A DNA stretch of 64,000 bases from positions 12,090-76,089 of IMG/VR virus record IMGVR_UViG_3300036985_010228, one strand, 5' to 3'. A program made the translations under genes and the position numbers. A model generated the notes under the pieces. The model saw nothing but the letters and a program-made list of their open reading frames with translations, was not told where the DNA came from and did not search any database. Shown in pieces: positions 47,501 through 58,300 of this stretch (position 1 is the stretch's first letter; each line of letters starts with the position of its first letter). This stretch comes from a virus.

Positions 47501-50058
47501 CGCCCTATGGTGACTCGGCGACGGCGGGCGGGCTTCTTCGGATCACGGCAACCCCTGCTGAGGTCAACCTCGACACGTCCTACGGCTACGGGCTGGTGGA
47601 CCCGTTCCTGAACGGTCGTCGAGTCTCTGCGTTCGACGCCAAGCTCAATCTCGACCGGGACACCTCAGGGGCGGGTGGTGCTGCCCTCACCATGAAGGAC
47701 ACCCACCGCGAGGCGCGGCTCGGGAACATTCTCTACCAGGACAACGGAGCGAGCGGGAAGCTCGTCTTCGCCCAGCCGTCGTTCTCTCTCGTGGGGGCAA
47801 CACCACCTACCTCGCAGGGGTGGGCGGCGTTCACTGACCCTGGGTTTGGAACTCCGACCACCTTCGCGAACGGACCTGAGACTCTGCTGACAGGGGCGGG
47901 CGGGCTCGTCCCGTGGCTCTGGGTCCAGGCGCTCCCCACTCCTGCAATCAGCACAGGCCGCACTTGCGAGTTCCGGCTCTCGGTGAATGACTACGCGCTG
48001 AGCGGGTCGGGCACGACGGGCCTGAGCTTCTTGGCGAGCGTCAGCAACAGGATCGTGGCCGTCACGTTCACTGGGCCGGACCTCGTCAATCTAGTGGACG
48101 TGACTGGGCCGGTTCTGGCGAGCGCCGCTGTTCCGTGGAGTGACGGGGCACGGCGCACCTACCGCCTGGAGGTGAGCCCCTCCGCCAACCTCGTCGAACT
48201 CTACGTGGACGACGTGCTGGCCACGTCGTTCGCCTTCGTCGCGTTCCCGCTCTTCGCAGCTACCGCAGACGGGCTCTCGTTCGGATACCTGGCTGAGGTC
48301 GGGGCTTCGTTCGAGGTCTCCCTGAACAGCCTCTGCTTCATGGAGCGGCTCGACGGGGTGGCCAACCTTCACCGGACGTTTGGGATCTGGAAGGGCGGAG
48401 ACTTCTCGAACCTCGACAACTGGGAGATCCCCCGGTCCGACGGCCTGAGCGTCCCCAACTCCGACCCCGCCTCGGCTCCCGTGGACATGGACTGGCGCTC
48501 GGAGTGCTGGGTCCGTCTGTTCGTGGACCCGACGTTCGGTGCAGTCTTCCTTCGACCTGACCTGCCCGCTCCTCCGGGGTACACAGGTGACTTCGCCACG
48601 CAGTCGCTCGACCCGACAGCTTCTTGGGCTCGCGTCGATTACGCCAAGCTCCCCAGGGCAGAGAGCGACACCAGGTTCGGGTCCGTCTTCTTCGGCGCGC
48701 TCAATCCGGCGGCCTCGACGATCCAGTTCTGGAACGAGGTCCGCTACCGGGTCTTCACGCACACCTCCATTGACTACCGAGCGCCCCAGCGAATGGCGCT
48801 CAATCAGTGGAACGTCATTTCGAGCGGCGACTACCTGAAGGACCGGACCCCTGAGCAGGTCATTGTCGCGGCCTTGACCCCCACGAGGGTCAGCCTCCGC
48901 CCGGCGCATATCTTCGCGAACCGAGTCTTCCAGGTCATTGTCGAAGGGGTGCCTCTCGCGCAGGCCACCTGGCGCTTCAACGCCGACAGCCAGGAGATCA
49001 CCCTCTTCAACGCACTGCCCTCGACGGGCTACCCGGTCACGGTCGTCTTCGCGGTCGGCAAGCCGGTCACGACCACCTACCTCCAGAGCCAACCGCTCCC
49101 TGAGTCGCAGACGATCCTCAATGAGGGGACGCCCGTCGTTCCAATGGGGCAGGTCGGCCAGGCGACGGTCTCCACTGTCTCGGGTGACGGCGGGCCGACG
49201 CCTGCCTTCCCTCCAGCGGTCCCTGCGGACCCAGCGTACTTCCTCCGGGACCAGTACCTCGTCCGGAAGTTCGTGGACGACCCGGACCTGCTGTACGAGC
49301 AAATGGACTTCTTCCAACTGGAGGACGACGGCGTCCGGGGGAAGATCTCGTCCTTCTGCGACGGTCCAGGAAACGGCACGGGCCTCCGCGAACTCGGCCT
49401 CGACGGGTCGAGCTTCACCGAGAACCTCTCCCCAGTCACGTCTCCGTCGGCCTCCAACTTCGGTCGGGGTGCCGGACGGTTCGGCCCAGTGCTGTTCGCC
49501 TCGGGCGGGCGCGCAGGAGTCATGGGGCTCCTCGGACCTGCCAGCTACGTCACTCCCTTCTCAGGTCCCAATCCGGCCCCCACCGGACTGCGGGCGGCAA
49601 TGCTCTCGCCGACAGGACCCTCGGCAGGGGTGGTACCCGGCTCAGGCGAAGGTGCAATCAACAGGGAGGTCTTCTGGGTGCTCAGGCTGGGCTCCAGCCC
49701 AGGCTCGGTCCTCGCGAATGCGATCCCGCCGATCGACACCCCACTGATCGAGGGGACGATCCTCCTTCCAATCGTTCCGGTCACGGCGGACCAGAGCTAC
49801 GCCTCGGCTGGCCCGGCCCCAATCAGCCCGTCGGTCGCAGGTCCCGCCACAGGTGCCGCCTGGTATCAAATGGCTGCGGCGGCCTCGTACCCACGATTGG
49901 GTCCATGGGCGGGCTTGGCGGCCCTGACCACGAACTCGCTTCTGTACGGGTCCTCGTCCCTTCAGCCCTCAGGCGTCCCGCTCTCAGGACAAGGTATGGT
50001 TCTTCGAGGTGGCATTCCTCTGCCTGCGGCCCCGGTTCCGGTGTCCGGGGTGCTCTGA
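44521..50058 (+). CDS. Very large baseplate/tail protein (1845 aa)
   Basis: Follows baseplate J; N-terminus resembles P2 gpI-type wedge (YRAFL...LLKGS...LRPAHT); His-rich insert HYH...HVH...HTH; beta-rich repeats. Confidence 0.7.
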   Translation: MATDPTPKSRATGGLVTVLPASVTGPTVQNPAPFDQEGQVDESRVRAVADQITTVFLNSLPSNYVAETKGPYYAQQFQAIAEELARIQVTSEDAYEDADYNFTRPEVLFQFLADLIFPTSAETGLPNLDGDLTYRAFLQKMVVLLLKGSKTVTLLEGVEALTDAEVSVLDESDFIGKPGVGWGVANRFTFEVNVSNHHRTTGGSTVDPHYHTVKINAAGEGVTTGITWADGSGPDHVHVILGFLVAEASATGLPAHTHDLLSDFANLPIILAQNVAIVMRALRPAHTLYEYRNLFRETYRHVFTDDYQKLELDSYYYDDFRKYCTGVKEIGSSTGVIFADRYTLNDVVSFRSVRVGAPLVIASGANAGRYLVREVLSFPFGDDPVARAYTTSPTGLSGTASVVDGAFVDLLQDWALAVPGEVLTFAVGPNAGRYVLETVLGLNGGPVGSAAGPATEVRPAVCFLRVGPKFPAAASGVAYTVEVDRLGIRSSIEVTNEDVASQFFAPPAGGQASFFTARGPLVRRYGDATPATRSDVTVLYDGVPVAVSDVNPYTGEVTLSAPLARFAPGAHTVTISYRWFPAPLMGFAGLNTKGVTLNRWSLAGGRNTTSPTSGGYWGGFRTSRFPLSLGLGRFPKRKPPVRIAHRYIAFERAYTSALNSPTTLLLNQAPGRVSVPYAEADVVPTAVQYEGTASPATPWTAKGSVTGTSDGDRYTLTDSSTTEVGYWSQDFELPVASVVGTAARFQIESYTLDGVFTGVGFGIHNDRRLYLAGALVVNGLKHIGLLARPGELNALSSWIVGPLANSTILAPKIVTCTLAQAPKLLASGQKFQILSGNQAGVYTVDQVFLDRRRNLATITIVETFPGNPALFGNKYVDLVFETAWDAGQCTWRLYASTRNDSVQLVFGGATGGTLATVSGGPVLASPAYLGPDVLPQGSGRYLWGSFDRKATNTTTWDFVRYLSTPDGGTRFSRGTVVDTQMTGDPEDAEWFLTTPYGDSATAGGLLRITATPAEVNLDTSYGYGLVDPFLNGRRVSAFDAKLNLDRDTSGAGGAALTMKDTHREARLGNILYQDNGASGKLVFAQPSFSLVGATPPTSQGWAAFTDPGFGTPTTFANGPETLLTGAGGLVPWLWVQALPTPAISTGRTCEFRLSVNDYALSGSGTTGLSFLASVSNRIVAVTFTGPDLVNLVDVTGPVLASAAVPWSDGARRTYRLEVSPSANLVELYVDDVLATSFAFVAFPLFAATADGLSFGYLAEVGASFEVSLNSLCFMERLDGVANLHRTFGIWKGGDFSNLDNWEIPRSDGLSVPNSDPASAPVDMDWRSECWVRLFVDPTFGAVFLRPDLPAPPGYTGDFATQSLDPTASWARVDYAKLPRAESDTRFGSVFFGALNPAASTIQFWNEVRYRVFTHTSIDYRAPQRMALNQWNVISSGDYLKDRTPEQVIVAALTPTRVSLRPAHIFANRVFQVIVEGVPLAQATWRFNADSQEITLFNALPSTGYPVTVVFAVGKPVTTTYLQSQPLPESQTILNEGTPVVPMGQVGQATVSTVSGDGGPTPAFPPAVPADPAYFLRDQYLVRKFVDDPDLLYEQMDFFQLEDDGVRGKISSFCDGPGNGTGLRELGLDGSSFTENLSPVTSPSASNFGRGAGRFGPVLFASGGRAGVMGLLGPASYVTPFSGPNPAPTGLRAAMLSPTGPSAGVVPGSGEGAINREVFWVLRLGSSPGSVLANAIPPIDTPLIEGTILLPIVPVTADQSYASAGPAPISPSVAGPATGAAWYQMAAAASYPRLGPWAGLAALTTNSLLYGSSSLQPSGVPLSGQGMVLRGGIPLPAAPVPVSGVL

Positions 50059-50122
50059 TACTTGGGGATCGCTACGTCGCCTATCTTCCGCGAAGGGAGC
50101 GGCCTCACCTGAGCAGGATTGA

Positions 50123-50755
50123 ATGCGACAGAAGGACTCAATGCCTAGGCCGAAGCAAGGCTTCAAAATGGGAGCAGCCATTCGCTACAACGACGCGATC
50201 CTGGGCGCGAAGGGCAAGTTCCTTATCGAGCTTCGGGACTCCCGCACGGGCGACCTTCTCCACTACGAGGAGAAGGACAATATCATCACGCTCGACGGCG
50301 GCGTGCTGGCGGCAATGCTCTTTGCTGCTGGAGCCACCAGCACGAGCGGGATCACCATGCTCTCGGTCGGCACAGGGGCGACCGGCCCGCTGCTGAACCC
50401 AGACGCTCCGGACCCCCGGCAGAGGCACCTCAACGCCGAGATTGCGCGCAAGCCGTTCTCCAGCGTGACGTTCCGAACCTCGGCAGGCGCTGTGTCTTCG
50501 GTGCCCACGAACGTCGTGGACTTCACCACGATCTTCGGTGAGGGTGAGGCGGTCGGCCCGCTCAACGAAATGGGCCTGCTGCGGACGATCTCCATGAACC
50601 CGCTGGTGCTGAACCCGGTCCCCTCGGTGTTCCCCGCATACGACCCCACTGTCGATCTGACCTTGTTCGACGTGGAGGTCAACGCACTTACATTTTCTGT
50701 CGTCTCAAAGCCAAGTACCTCAATACTTTCGGTCACTTGGCGGCTTACATTCTGA
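50123..50755 (+). CDS. Tail-collar/baseplate-fibre junction protein
   Basis: NIITLDG...LSVGTG...LNAEIARK...GEAVGPLNEMGL...K.STSILSVTWRLTF. Confidence 0.7.
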   Translation: MRQKDSMPRPKQGFKMGAAIRYNDAILGAKGKFLIELRDSRTGDLLHYEEKDNIITLDGGVLAAMLFAAGATSTSGITMLSVGTGATGPLLNPDAPDPRQRHLNAEIARKPFSSVTFRTSAGAVSSVPTNVVDFTTIFGEGEAVGPLNEMGLLRTISMNPLVLNPVPSVFPAYDPTVDLTLFDVEVNALTFSVVSKPSTSILSVTWRLTF

Positions 50756-50798
50756 TCTTGGCACACCACTAGATACTTCACCGTGGTATCATAGTGTC

Positions 50799-52058
50799 GT
50801 GACCAACAAGCTGACCTGCATGGTGTGCGGAAGAGTCGGGTTCCTTCGCCTTCCGAGACACCTGAGCCAGATACACAAGATGGGTGGGGACGAGTACTGT
50901 GCCCTCTTCCCAGGTTCAATCCTGGAGGTCCCGTCGGCGGGAACGCCAAAGTGCGCTTCCTGTGGTGTCCCCGTCGAAGGCTACAGCCCACGGGCGGCGA
51001 ACGTGAAGTGCGAGGAATGCAGGACCACCCCAACCTACCGCAAGAAGGGTGCGGGCGACCCCAAGCTCGTCACTTGTTGTCTGTGCGGCCTGTCCCGGAA
51101 AAGACTCGGAGAGCACCTGGAAAACAAGCACTCCCTCACACCCGCAGAGTACACCACAGCCTATCCTGGTGCTCTTGTGGGGGTTCCTGGAACCCGTGCT
51201 CGATCAGAGGGTTGCAAGGAGAAAATGAGGGCAACTGCAAAGATTCGGTGGGCGAGCCCTGGGGAGAGGGAGGCCCAATCTACTCGTCTGAAAGAGTCTG
51301 CCCCCTGGAAGGGAAAACACCTAGGTCCAAGGCACCGGGGAGCAATCTCACTCGGTGGTACAGGCGTGCCACACACCCTTACCAGCGAACAACGAAGACA
51401 GAGGGGTATGCGGGGCAAACAGGTTCTTGGGGTTGTTCGCCAGCAACCCGGACATTCAGAGAGTCTCTCTCAAGGCCAGAAGTCCCGGCGTTTACACGAC
51501 CCGCTAGTTGGGTTCAGCAATCCTGAGACGCGCCGCAAGTCCCTCACCTCCCGGATCAAGAACGGCACCCTTGCTCCGCAAGGATCTGGTCGTGGTATCT
51601 GTGGTTTTCGGGTGGGCATCCCCCACTACTGCCGCTCGACTCTGGAGGCAAACTTCGCTCGTGTGTTGACCCACTTCAAGGTCCGGTACAACTACGAGCC
51701 AAAGGTGTTCAAGCTCGCCTCAGGGTCAATCTACATCCCCGACTTCTACCTGCTCGACCCGATCCCTGAGCTTGGCGTTCCTGCGGGCTGGGTCGAGTTG
51801 AAGGGCTGGCGGAAGGCAGACGGGACCGTTACCTCTCAAGCAAAGATTGGTGCCTTCGTCCAGGAGTACGGTAGCCCCATAGTGGTGATCGCTGAACGCG
51901 ACCCTCTGTGGGTGAGGATCCAATCTGAGGTGGGCACCGTGATTTCCCTGTGGGAAAGGCCAGGTAGGAACCTCAGAACGCACCCTCGGATTTTCGGCCC
52001 GTCCGCGTTTCTTCCTATCCCTACCCAAGTCGAGCACGCCTCTGAGGCAAGTACCTGA
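50799..52058 (+). mobile_element. Free-standing PD-(D/E)xK endonuclease with repeated zinc-finger modules
   Basis: Two CxxC...HL...H.....EY...(F/Y)PG modules; C-terminal RSTLEANFA...YEP...YIPDFY...VELKGW; atypical codons. Confidence 0.8.
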
Positions 52059-55000
52059 TGCCCGACTTCAAGCGTTACTACAACGACCCGGCCTATCCGA
52101 CCTCGGTATCGCGGGATGTCCCCCCCGGCGAGTACTCGTGGGACTCGGTGATCTATCAGTCGGGCCGTCCCGTACTCGACGCAGAACTGAACCTCTCAGC
52201 AGGGGCAGCCGAGTACGCGAAGCTCCTTCAGGACTCGAAGACGCTGCCCTCGGGCTTCATTCGGGCTCAATCGAGCCGTGATTCGTTCGCGGCCTTCAGC
52301 TTCTTCTCTGCGATTGCGGGCAACGCGAACAAGTTCGCCCTCTCGAAGCTCATGGCGTTCGTGGCTGGAATGCCCGTCGTCGTCGAGTACACGGGTACGG
52401 CCACGCCAGGCACGAACGAGATCGTTCTTCCGGCTCCTCCTCCGACGGTCGGCCCGCCCGACGTGAAGCGCACGGACTTCGTGTTCCTCGAAGTCTGGCG
52501 CACGCTCGTGGCCCCTTCGCCTCGGGCCATGGGCTCCGTGGAGATCGTGGACCCTGTCCTCACAATCTCCCCAGGCGACACGGTCACGATCAACGCAGTC
52601 CCGGTAGGCGGCCCACTCGTCGTCTTCACGGCCAACGGTGGTGGCCCCACAGGCTTCGCAATCGGAGGCTCCGGCGCAGCGACGGCCTCGGCTCTGGCTG
52701 CGGCGATCAACAACCCGGCGAACGGCCTGTACCCGAGCTACGTCGCCGCGAACACGAGCGGGACGAACGTAGCCACCGTCTCGGCGACCTTCGGCGGCCT
52801 GACCGGCAACCTGATCACCCTCGCCCGCGTCGAAGCGGTCGGCGGCTCGATCAACCTCTCGGGTGCCACCCTCCTCGGTGGTGCAGACCGTCCGAACAAG
52901 CCCTCGCAGAGCACGGTCTACCGTCATGGCAACGTGGGCAGCCCACTGGCAGTGGCGCTCCCGGACGAACTCGTCGATCCCGTGATCAACGTCGAGACGG
53001 CCCAGCGGGTCCAGGTCCAGTACCGGCTGCGGACCTACTCGGCGGTCCCCCCGGTAGGGATCAACCCCAAGACGCAGCCTGACGGATTCTCCAATCCCTC
53101 GGTGGTGGCTCAGGGTGCGCAGGCGGCCCCGGTGGCGACCTACCCGTTCGTCCCGGCGGACAACGCGACCGTCGTGCTGAACTCCGACGCGACCAAGTAC
53201 GGCCTCGAAGACAACGGCCTCTACGTCGCTGGAGACGGCTCACAGGCTGCGGCCTTCGCTCTCGGGACAGTGGACGGGTTCGTGTACGCGATCCCCGTCT
53301 GCTTCGCGTTCCGGCGCAGCGACGCCACCCTCACTGGCGGGTTCAATCCGGCGACCTCGGCCAACAGCGGGCTCCCTGTGGCTCACGCGGCGGGCTTCCC
53401 GAACGCGAACCTCAATCCCTCGGGTCCGTACCTGATCGCAGCAGGCAAGTCGGACCGGCCTGACGGCCTTTTCGCGGACATTGTCGTCGCGACCGACATT
53501 CTCGACCTGCGGCGTCACGTCACCCCGCCGGGCTACGACTTCGGGACGGAGGCGAAGTACCAGCTTCAGAGCCTCCTCGACAAGAAGACGGCCACCTGGC
53601 AGGTAGACGGCTCCGACTGGGCTTCGATCGGCAACGGCTCGGGCGACCAGTCCACCTACCCGTTGTTCTGCGACGAGATCGGTCGCGAGAACGGGAACGG
53701 GGGCGTGCCTCCGGCCTCCGGCGACACGTTCCGTGGCAACACGATCCGCAACTACGACCACATTTCTCGTCGCTTTGGCTCGCAGAGCGTGGTCGAGCGA
53801 GTCGTGTTCGAGGTTCTCCCGACGGGTGTGTACCCGACGGGGATCACCGTCGTGAAGGCTCCCCCCAGTGCCAACAGTTGGTGTGAGGGTGACGAGGTCA
53901 CGATCGCCTTCGGCGGCGCAGCGGGTCTGAACCCCTCGACGGTCCAACTGTGGACCGGTGCTGGGGCTGTTCCTGGTGCGACGGTCGCTGGCTTCTGGCC
54001 GGTCGGCACGAAGGTCACGGACCTGATCTCGGTCTTCCATGACGACGGCCACAACGCCGCCCCGATCGACCAGCGGACGCAGCTTGCGACGGTCGTGGGG
54101 ATCGGCACAGAGGTCGTCACGATCAAGCTCGACGGGAATCCGTCGGTCGTGAACGACGGTGGTACGGCGGCCAACCACCCGGTCATTGCGGACCCGGCTG
54201 TGGACAACGGTTCGGTCCGCCGACTCTTCATTGAGTTGGAGATCACCTACCCGACAGGGTTTGGCCTCAGCCAGACCCCAGACATTGCGGTCACCCCCAG
54301 CACGCTGTCCGGGTACCCCGGCTACGACGCCGGGGCGATCATTGAGAACGCCCCGGCTCAGCGTCCTCCTGAAATGCTCGCAGCGTGGATCCCACAGCCC
54401 AAGTTCAGGTCCGGCTACCGCGAGGTCAAGCTCGAACAGAAGTCGGCTCCTGGCGCTGCTCAAGTCACGGACCTCCTGGTCACGCGAACTGGCTCGACTG
54501 TGTACCCGCCCCGGAGGTTCTTCGCAGACTCTCTCGTGGCGAACGGCGTCGGACCTGCGGCCACCTCGACCTTCGGTAGCTCTGAGCGTCGGATCGACCT
54601 GAACGTCGCGGTCGCCAATCAGACGCTCGTCCAGGTGGACTACTACCCGCAGGACGCGGTGCCCAATGCGGGCGCTGTTGGCTACCAGACGGCAGTCTAC
54701 TACCGCACGAACGCTCCTCAGACGGCAGGCGTTCAGGCGGGTGCTCTCCCCCCGTCGCTGCTCCCCACCGAACTGACGGTGGAGCCGGTGTCGATCTCCT
54801 CGGAGGTCTGGACCGGTCAGACGGGCAAGGGCTCGGTGGACCTCGGGTTCCCCTACGAGTCGCCCCTCGACCAGATTGCGGTGGCGACAGGTGTGCCTCC
54901 GGCTGCGCTCCCGAAGGAGTGGTTCTTCTCGGCTCTGGCAGAGGTGTCGGTCGCTGACTTCTCGGCGGCCACTGGGCTCCTCAGCCTGCACTCGTTCGTC

Positions 55001-55354
55001 CAGGTGGACGGGACCAACCCGATCCAACTCGGCGACGCCTTCACAGGTCGTGGCCCGCTGAAGGACCCTGAGTTCCGGGCCTACTACGACATGGCGAACC
55101 CCGGTGGGTACAAGCCGACGACCATGGCGCAGCCGCTCTTCGGACCGACCCGCCACAAGGTCTTCCAGCCAATGATCGTGCGTGCGACTCAGAACACGCT
55201 GCTCTTCCGTAAGGGGGAGTTGCTGCTGCTGATCTTGTCTCGGTTCTCGGAACTCGACCCCGACAACAAGATCGCCTTCTCGGACCTTCCCGCGATCCGA
55301 ACAGCGGCGGCCCTCTATCGGACGCGCAACCTGCTGTTGACCGTCGGAGACTGA
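52058..55354 (+). CDS. Large virion structural protein
   Basis: VIYQSGRPVLDAELN, RTDFVFLEVW and ETAQRVQVQYRLR motifs typical of large-phage baseplate proteins. Confidence 0.7.
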   Translation: MPDFKRYYNDPAYPTSVSRDVPPGEYSWDSVIYQSGRPVLDAELNLSAGAAEYAKLLQDSKTLPSGFIRAQSSRDSFAAFSFFSAIAGNANKFALSKLMAFVAGMPVVVEYTGTATPGTNEIVLPAPPPTVGPPDVKRTDFVFLEVWRTLVAPSPRAMGSVEIVDPVLTISPGDTVTINAVPVGGPLVVFTANGGGPTGFAIGGSGAATASALAAAINNPANGLYPSYVAANTSGTNVATVSATFGGLTGNLITLARVEAVGGSINLSGATLLGGADRPNKPSQSTVYRHGNVGSPLAVALPDELVDPVINVETAQRVQVQYRLRTYSAVPPVGINPKTQPDGFSNPSVVAQGAQAAPVATYPFVPADNATVVLNSDATKYGLEDNGLYVAGDGSQAAAFALGTVDGFVYAIPVCFAFRRSDATLTGGFNPATSANSGLPVAHAAGFPNANLNPSGPYLIAAGKSDRPDGLFADIVVATDILDLRRHVTPPGYDFGTEAKYQLQSLLDKKTATWQVDGSDWASIGNGSGDQSTYPLFCDEIGRENGNGGVPPASGDTFRGNTIRNYDHISRRFGSQSVVERVVFEVLPTGVYPTGITVVKAPPSANSWCEGDEVTIAFGGAAGLNPSTVQLWTGAGAVPGATVAGFWPVGTKVTDLISVFHDDGHNAAPIDQRTQLATVVGIGTEVVTIKLDGNPSVVNDGGTAANHPVIADPAVDNGSVRRLFIELEITYPTGFGLSQTPDIAVTPSTLSGYPGYDAGAIIENAPAQRPPEMLAAWIPQPKFRSGYREVKLEQKSAPGAAQVTDLLVTRTGSTVYPPRRFFADSLVANGVGPAATSTFGSSERRIDLNVAVANQTLVQVDYYPQDAVPNAGAVGYQTAVYYRTNAPQTAGVQAGALPPSLLPTELTVEPVSISSEVWTGQTGKGSVDLGFPYESPLDQIAVATGVPPAALPKEWFFSALAEVSVADFSAATGLLSLHSFVQVDGTNPIQLGDAFTGRGPLKDPEFRAYYDMANPGGYKPTTMAQPLFGPTRHKVFQPMIVRATQNTLLFRKGELLLLILSRFSELDPDNKIAFSDLPAIRTAAALYRTRNLLLTVGD

Positions 55355-55359
55355 CGCCC

Positions 55360-58300
55360 ATGCCGCGCAGAGTAGACCCTTCTTCAATCCTCACAGGCGC
55401 TGGCTCGGCGATCCCCGGCTCGGTGTCCGCGTCTGCGGTTACCTCGGGTGACACCGGGTCCACCTCAGGCACGCTCGACGCCCACCTCGCTGACCCGGCG
55501 GGCGCGCACGCAGCCTCTGCAATTTCGATCCAAGACCTCTTCGAGCGGTACCTCGCGGGTGACGTGGAGGGTGCCCTCGGAGAACTCGCCGCCCTCGTAC
55601 CACCGGCCCCAGGACCGATCGGCTCGGCAGGTCCGCCGTGGCTTGGCTCGACGAACACGGGTGTGCCTGACTGGGGAGTCCTGAAGCTCTGGGACGGGGC
55701 TCTCAATCTCTCGTCGGTCAACAGCCCGAACTCGATCTACCCGTACTACTGGCGGGCTCCTATCTCTGCCACAGGCACCGGGGTGGACACCTGGTCAGAC
55801 CCGACCTTCAACGTGGAAGACACGGTCGGCCCGAACGTCTACACGGGCGGCGGCATGGGGAAGGCCCACGCTGGGTTCGTCACCGTCTCCATGAACCCTG
55901 GGGGCTTCCCGCCTCCGGCAGACGGCTACCCGTCGTGGAGGATCTTGCCCTCCCTCCCGCTCTCGGCGGGAGGTGACGTTGCCTCGGTCGTCTCGGGGAT
56001 CGTGTCTCCGGCAGACCGTGGCGTGCTGGCGCTCGTGACGTGGCCCGCAGGCGACATTGCGGCCCCGCTCGCAGCGACCTCGGTCGCTGAGATCCAGGCT
56101 CGCTGCCTGGCCGCCCTCGTCCTCGGGCAGGGGCTCTCCAGCGGGAGCGGCGGCTGCGACGGCGCACCTGGTGGGATCTTCACGGTCGGCTCACCCACCC
56201 CGTATGACTTCCCTGGTCAGGCGGCAGGGCAGTTCGAGCTTGACGAGATCCACACGGGCGTCCCCCGCGTCGGAGGCACAGCCCCAGTCGCCAATCCGGC
56301 GGCGGGTCAAGTCCGGCTGCTGACTGACCCAACGGCGGTCCCAGTCACGTTCGTCCCACCGACGGTCGTTGGCGGCCTCCCAATCTTCGGCGCAACGCCT
56401 GCGGCCACAGGTGGCGGCACGGTGAGCAACTTCTTCGCGTACAGGCTCCCGTACCTGAAGGACTACTCGGCGCTGACGGGCTTGGTCTACACGCCTGCCT
56501 TCGAGAAGGACCGCTTCCTCTCGAAGATCCAGCCTGCGCTCCCCCCGGCGACGCCAATGTCCTCGGGTGGCAGCTACGACGACTTCACGGCGGACTACTG
56601 GGCGATCCAGATCGCCCGCTACCGTCACAGGTTCGTCCTCGGGGTCGGCGCACCGGCAGCACTTCGGAGGGACGGCAGCTACGCGCTCGTCCACTTCAGG
56701 CGCGAGCAGTTCTTCGAGGAGTACGTTCGAGACGGGATCGTGCCGACCGCCGACAAGGTCTACTCGGTCAATCTCGTGAACTGGTCGGGCGCAGCCCAGG
56801 TGGACAACCTGGTGGACCTGACGCTCCTGGCCCCGACGGCTTCTCCGGCCTACGCGGTGAACACGTCTGAGGTCTCGGAGGATCCGAACGTCAACGTCCC
56901 GGCCCTCTTCGGGATCAACACGTTCACCCTGTCGTTGAAGGGTGGGGCGACGACCACGAAGGTATCCGGGGTGAACTACCTCGTGCCCCGTGACCCTAGC
57001 CTTCAGGACGCCAACCCGCTCTCCTACAACCTGGGGATCACCGACCTGGAAGTGACGATCACGGACGTTTTCGGGGACAGCTACCGCTCGCACGACACGG
57101 TGCCGACGGCAGGCCCACTCCTCGGAGACACGCGGTTCCAGGCGCTCAATCAGAACCCGGTGTTCCTCTCGTTCTCGTCGTTCTCCTACGAGGGCAACGA
57201 GAACATTGCGACCCCGGCCTCGACGATCTCGATCGGCAGCGCGCCGTTCGCTGCGGCACTGTTCTCAGCTTCGCTCGGCCAGGTACGCCGCCAGCGGGTG
57301 GAGTTCGGCTACGCTGACCTTGACGGGACTGGTCCGGCTCCGGCAGCCAACGCTGTGATCTCGACGGGTGCCTTCGCGATCCCGAACGGGCTTCTGTTCA
57401 CGGGGGACGCGAACACGCCGGTCTTCACAGAGGACGCCAAGGTTCGTGTCTCCGTCCGCAAGGCGCTCAACGTGGACCCGGTCACGGGCTACCCGAAGCC
57501 GCTGGTCCCCTTCGACCTGCCCTCCTTCGTCGCAGAAAAGTACCTCTACCACTCCATGAAGGAGATCAACGACCCCCCAGGGTCGGTGAAGCCGACCTAC
57601 GGCAACCCGGCGAACACGACGAACGCCGTCTGGAACGCCACGAAGGACCGTGAGGAGCGGTTCCTCGACGAGGTGTACCGCTACCCGGCGATCTGGGACA
57701 CGACGGTGCCCCTGCCTGTCGCCCAGGTCCAGAACCTGATCGGCCCAGGTCTGCCATGGGGCTTCGCGCCCGTCCCCGTCCAGGTGCGTCCTGGCCCGCT
57801 GGGTGGCTCCTACGACGGCTACTACCTCCAGGGCTTCAGCGGGACAAGCCTGATCAGTGGCCCTCCCTTCACGGTGGAGCTTCAGGTCGCTGGACTTCCG
57901 GAGCGCAATCCCCCGTACACGGACGGCTTGGACGCGCCCTTCCCGTCGCGTGGTGTTCTCCTCTACCCGAAGGACAACTACTCGATTGGGTACAACCCGG
58001 TGGGTCCGGACTACTCGACGGCGTCAACGGGGAGCCCTAGGATCTACCAGCGCGTTTTCGACGCGGGTGCTGCGAACGTCGGTGCAAGCTCGATCACCCT
58101 CCGGTTCTGGGGTGTGACGCTCGCGGACTTCGCCTTTGCTGGACCCGGACCTGGCGGGCTGGGTCTCGCCTGCCTGGCGAAGGTTCCTGGGTTGACGGCG
58201 TGGTTGGACGTGGGGCGGCCCGACGGCGCAGGCCCCTCGAAGCAGGACCCTGCTCTCGACGGTGCAGGGTGCCTCGTGGTCGGCCCCAACACCTTCGACT

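Noticed and set aside
5086-55387. Long antisense or alternate-frame ORFs (e.g. 5086-6777, 38056-40428, 45649-47184, 53240-55387)
   Set aside because: Shadow ORFs of high-GC3 genes, with no motifs and complete overlap with well-supported genes.
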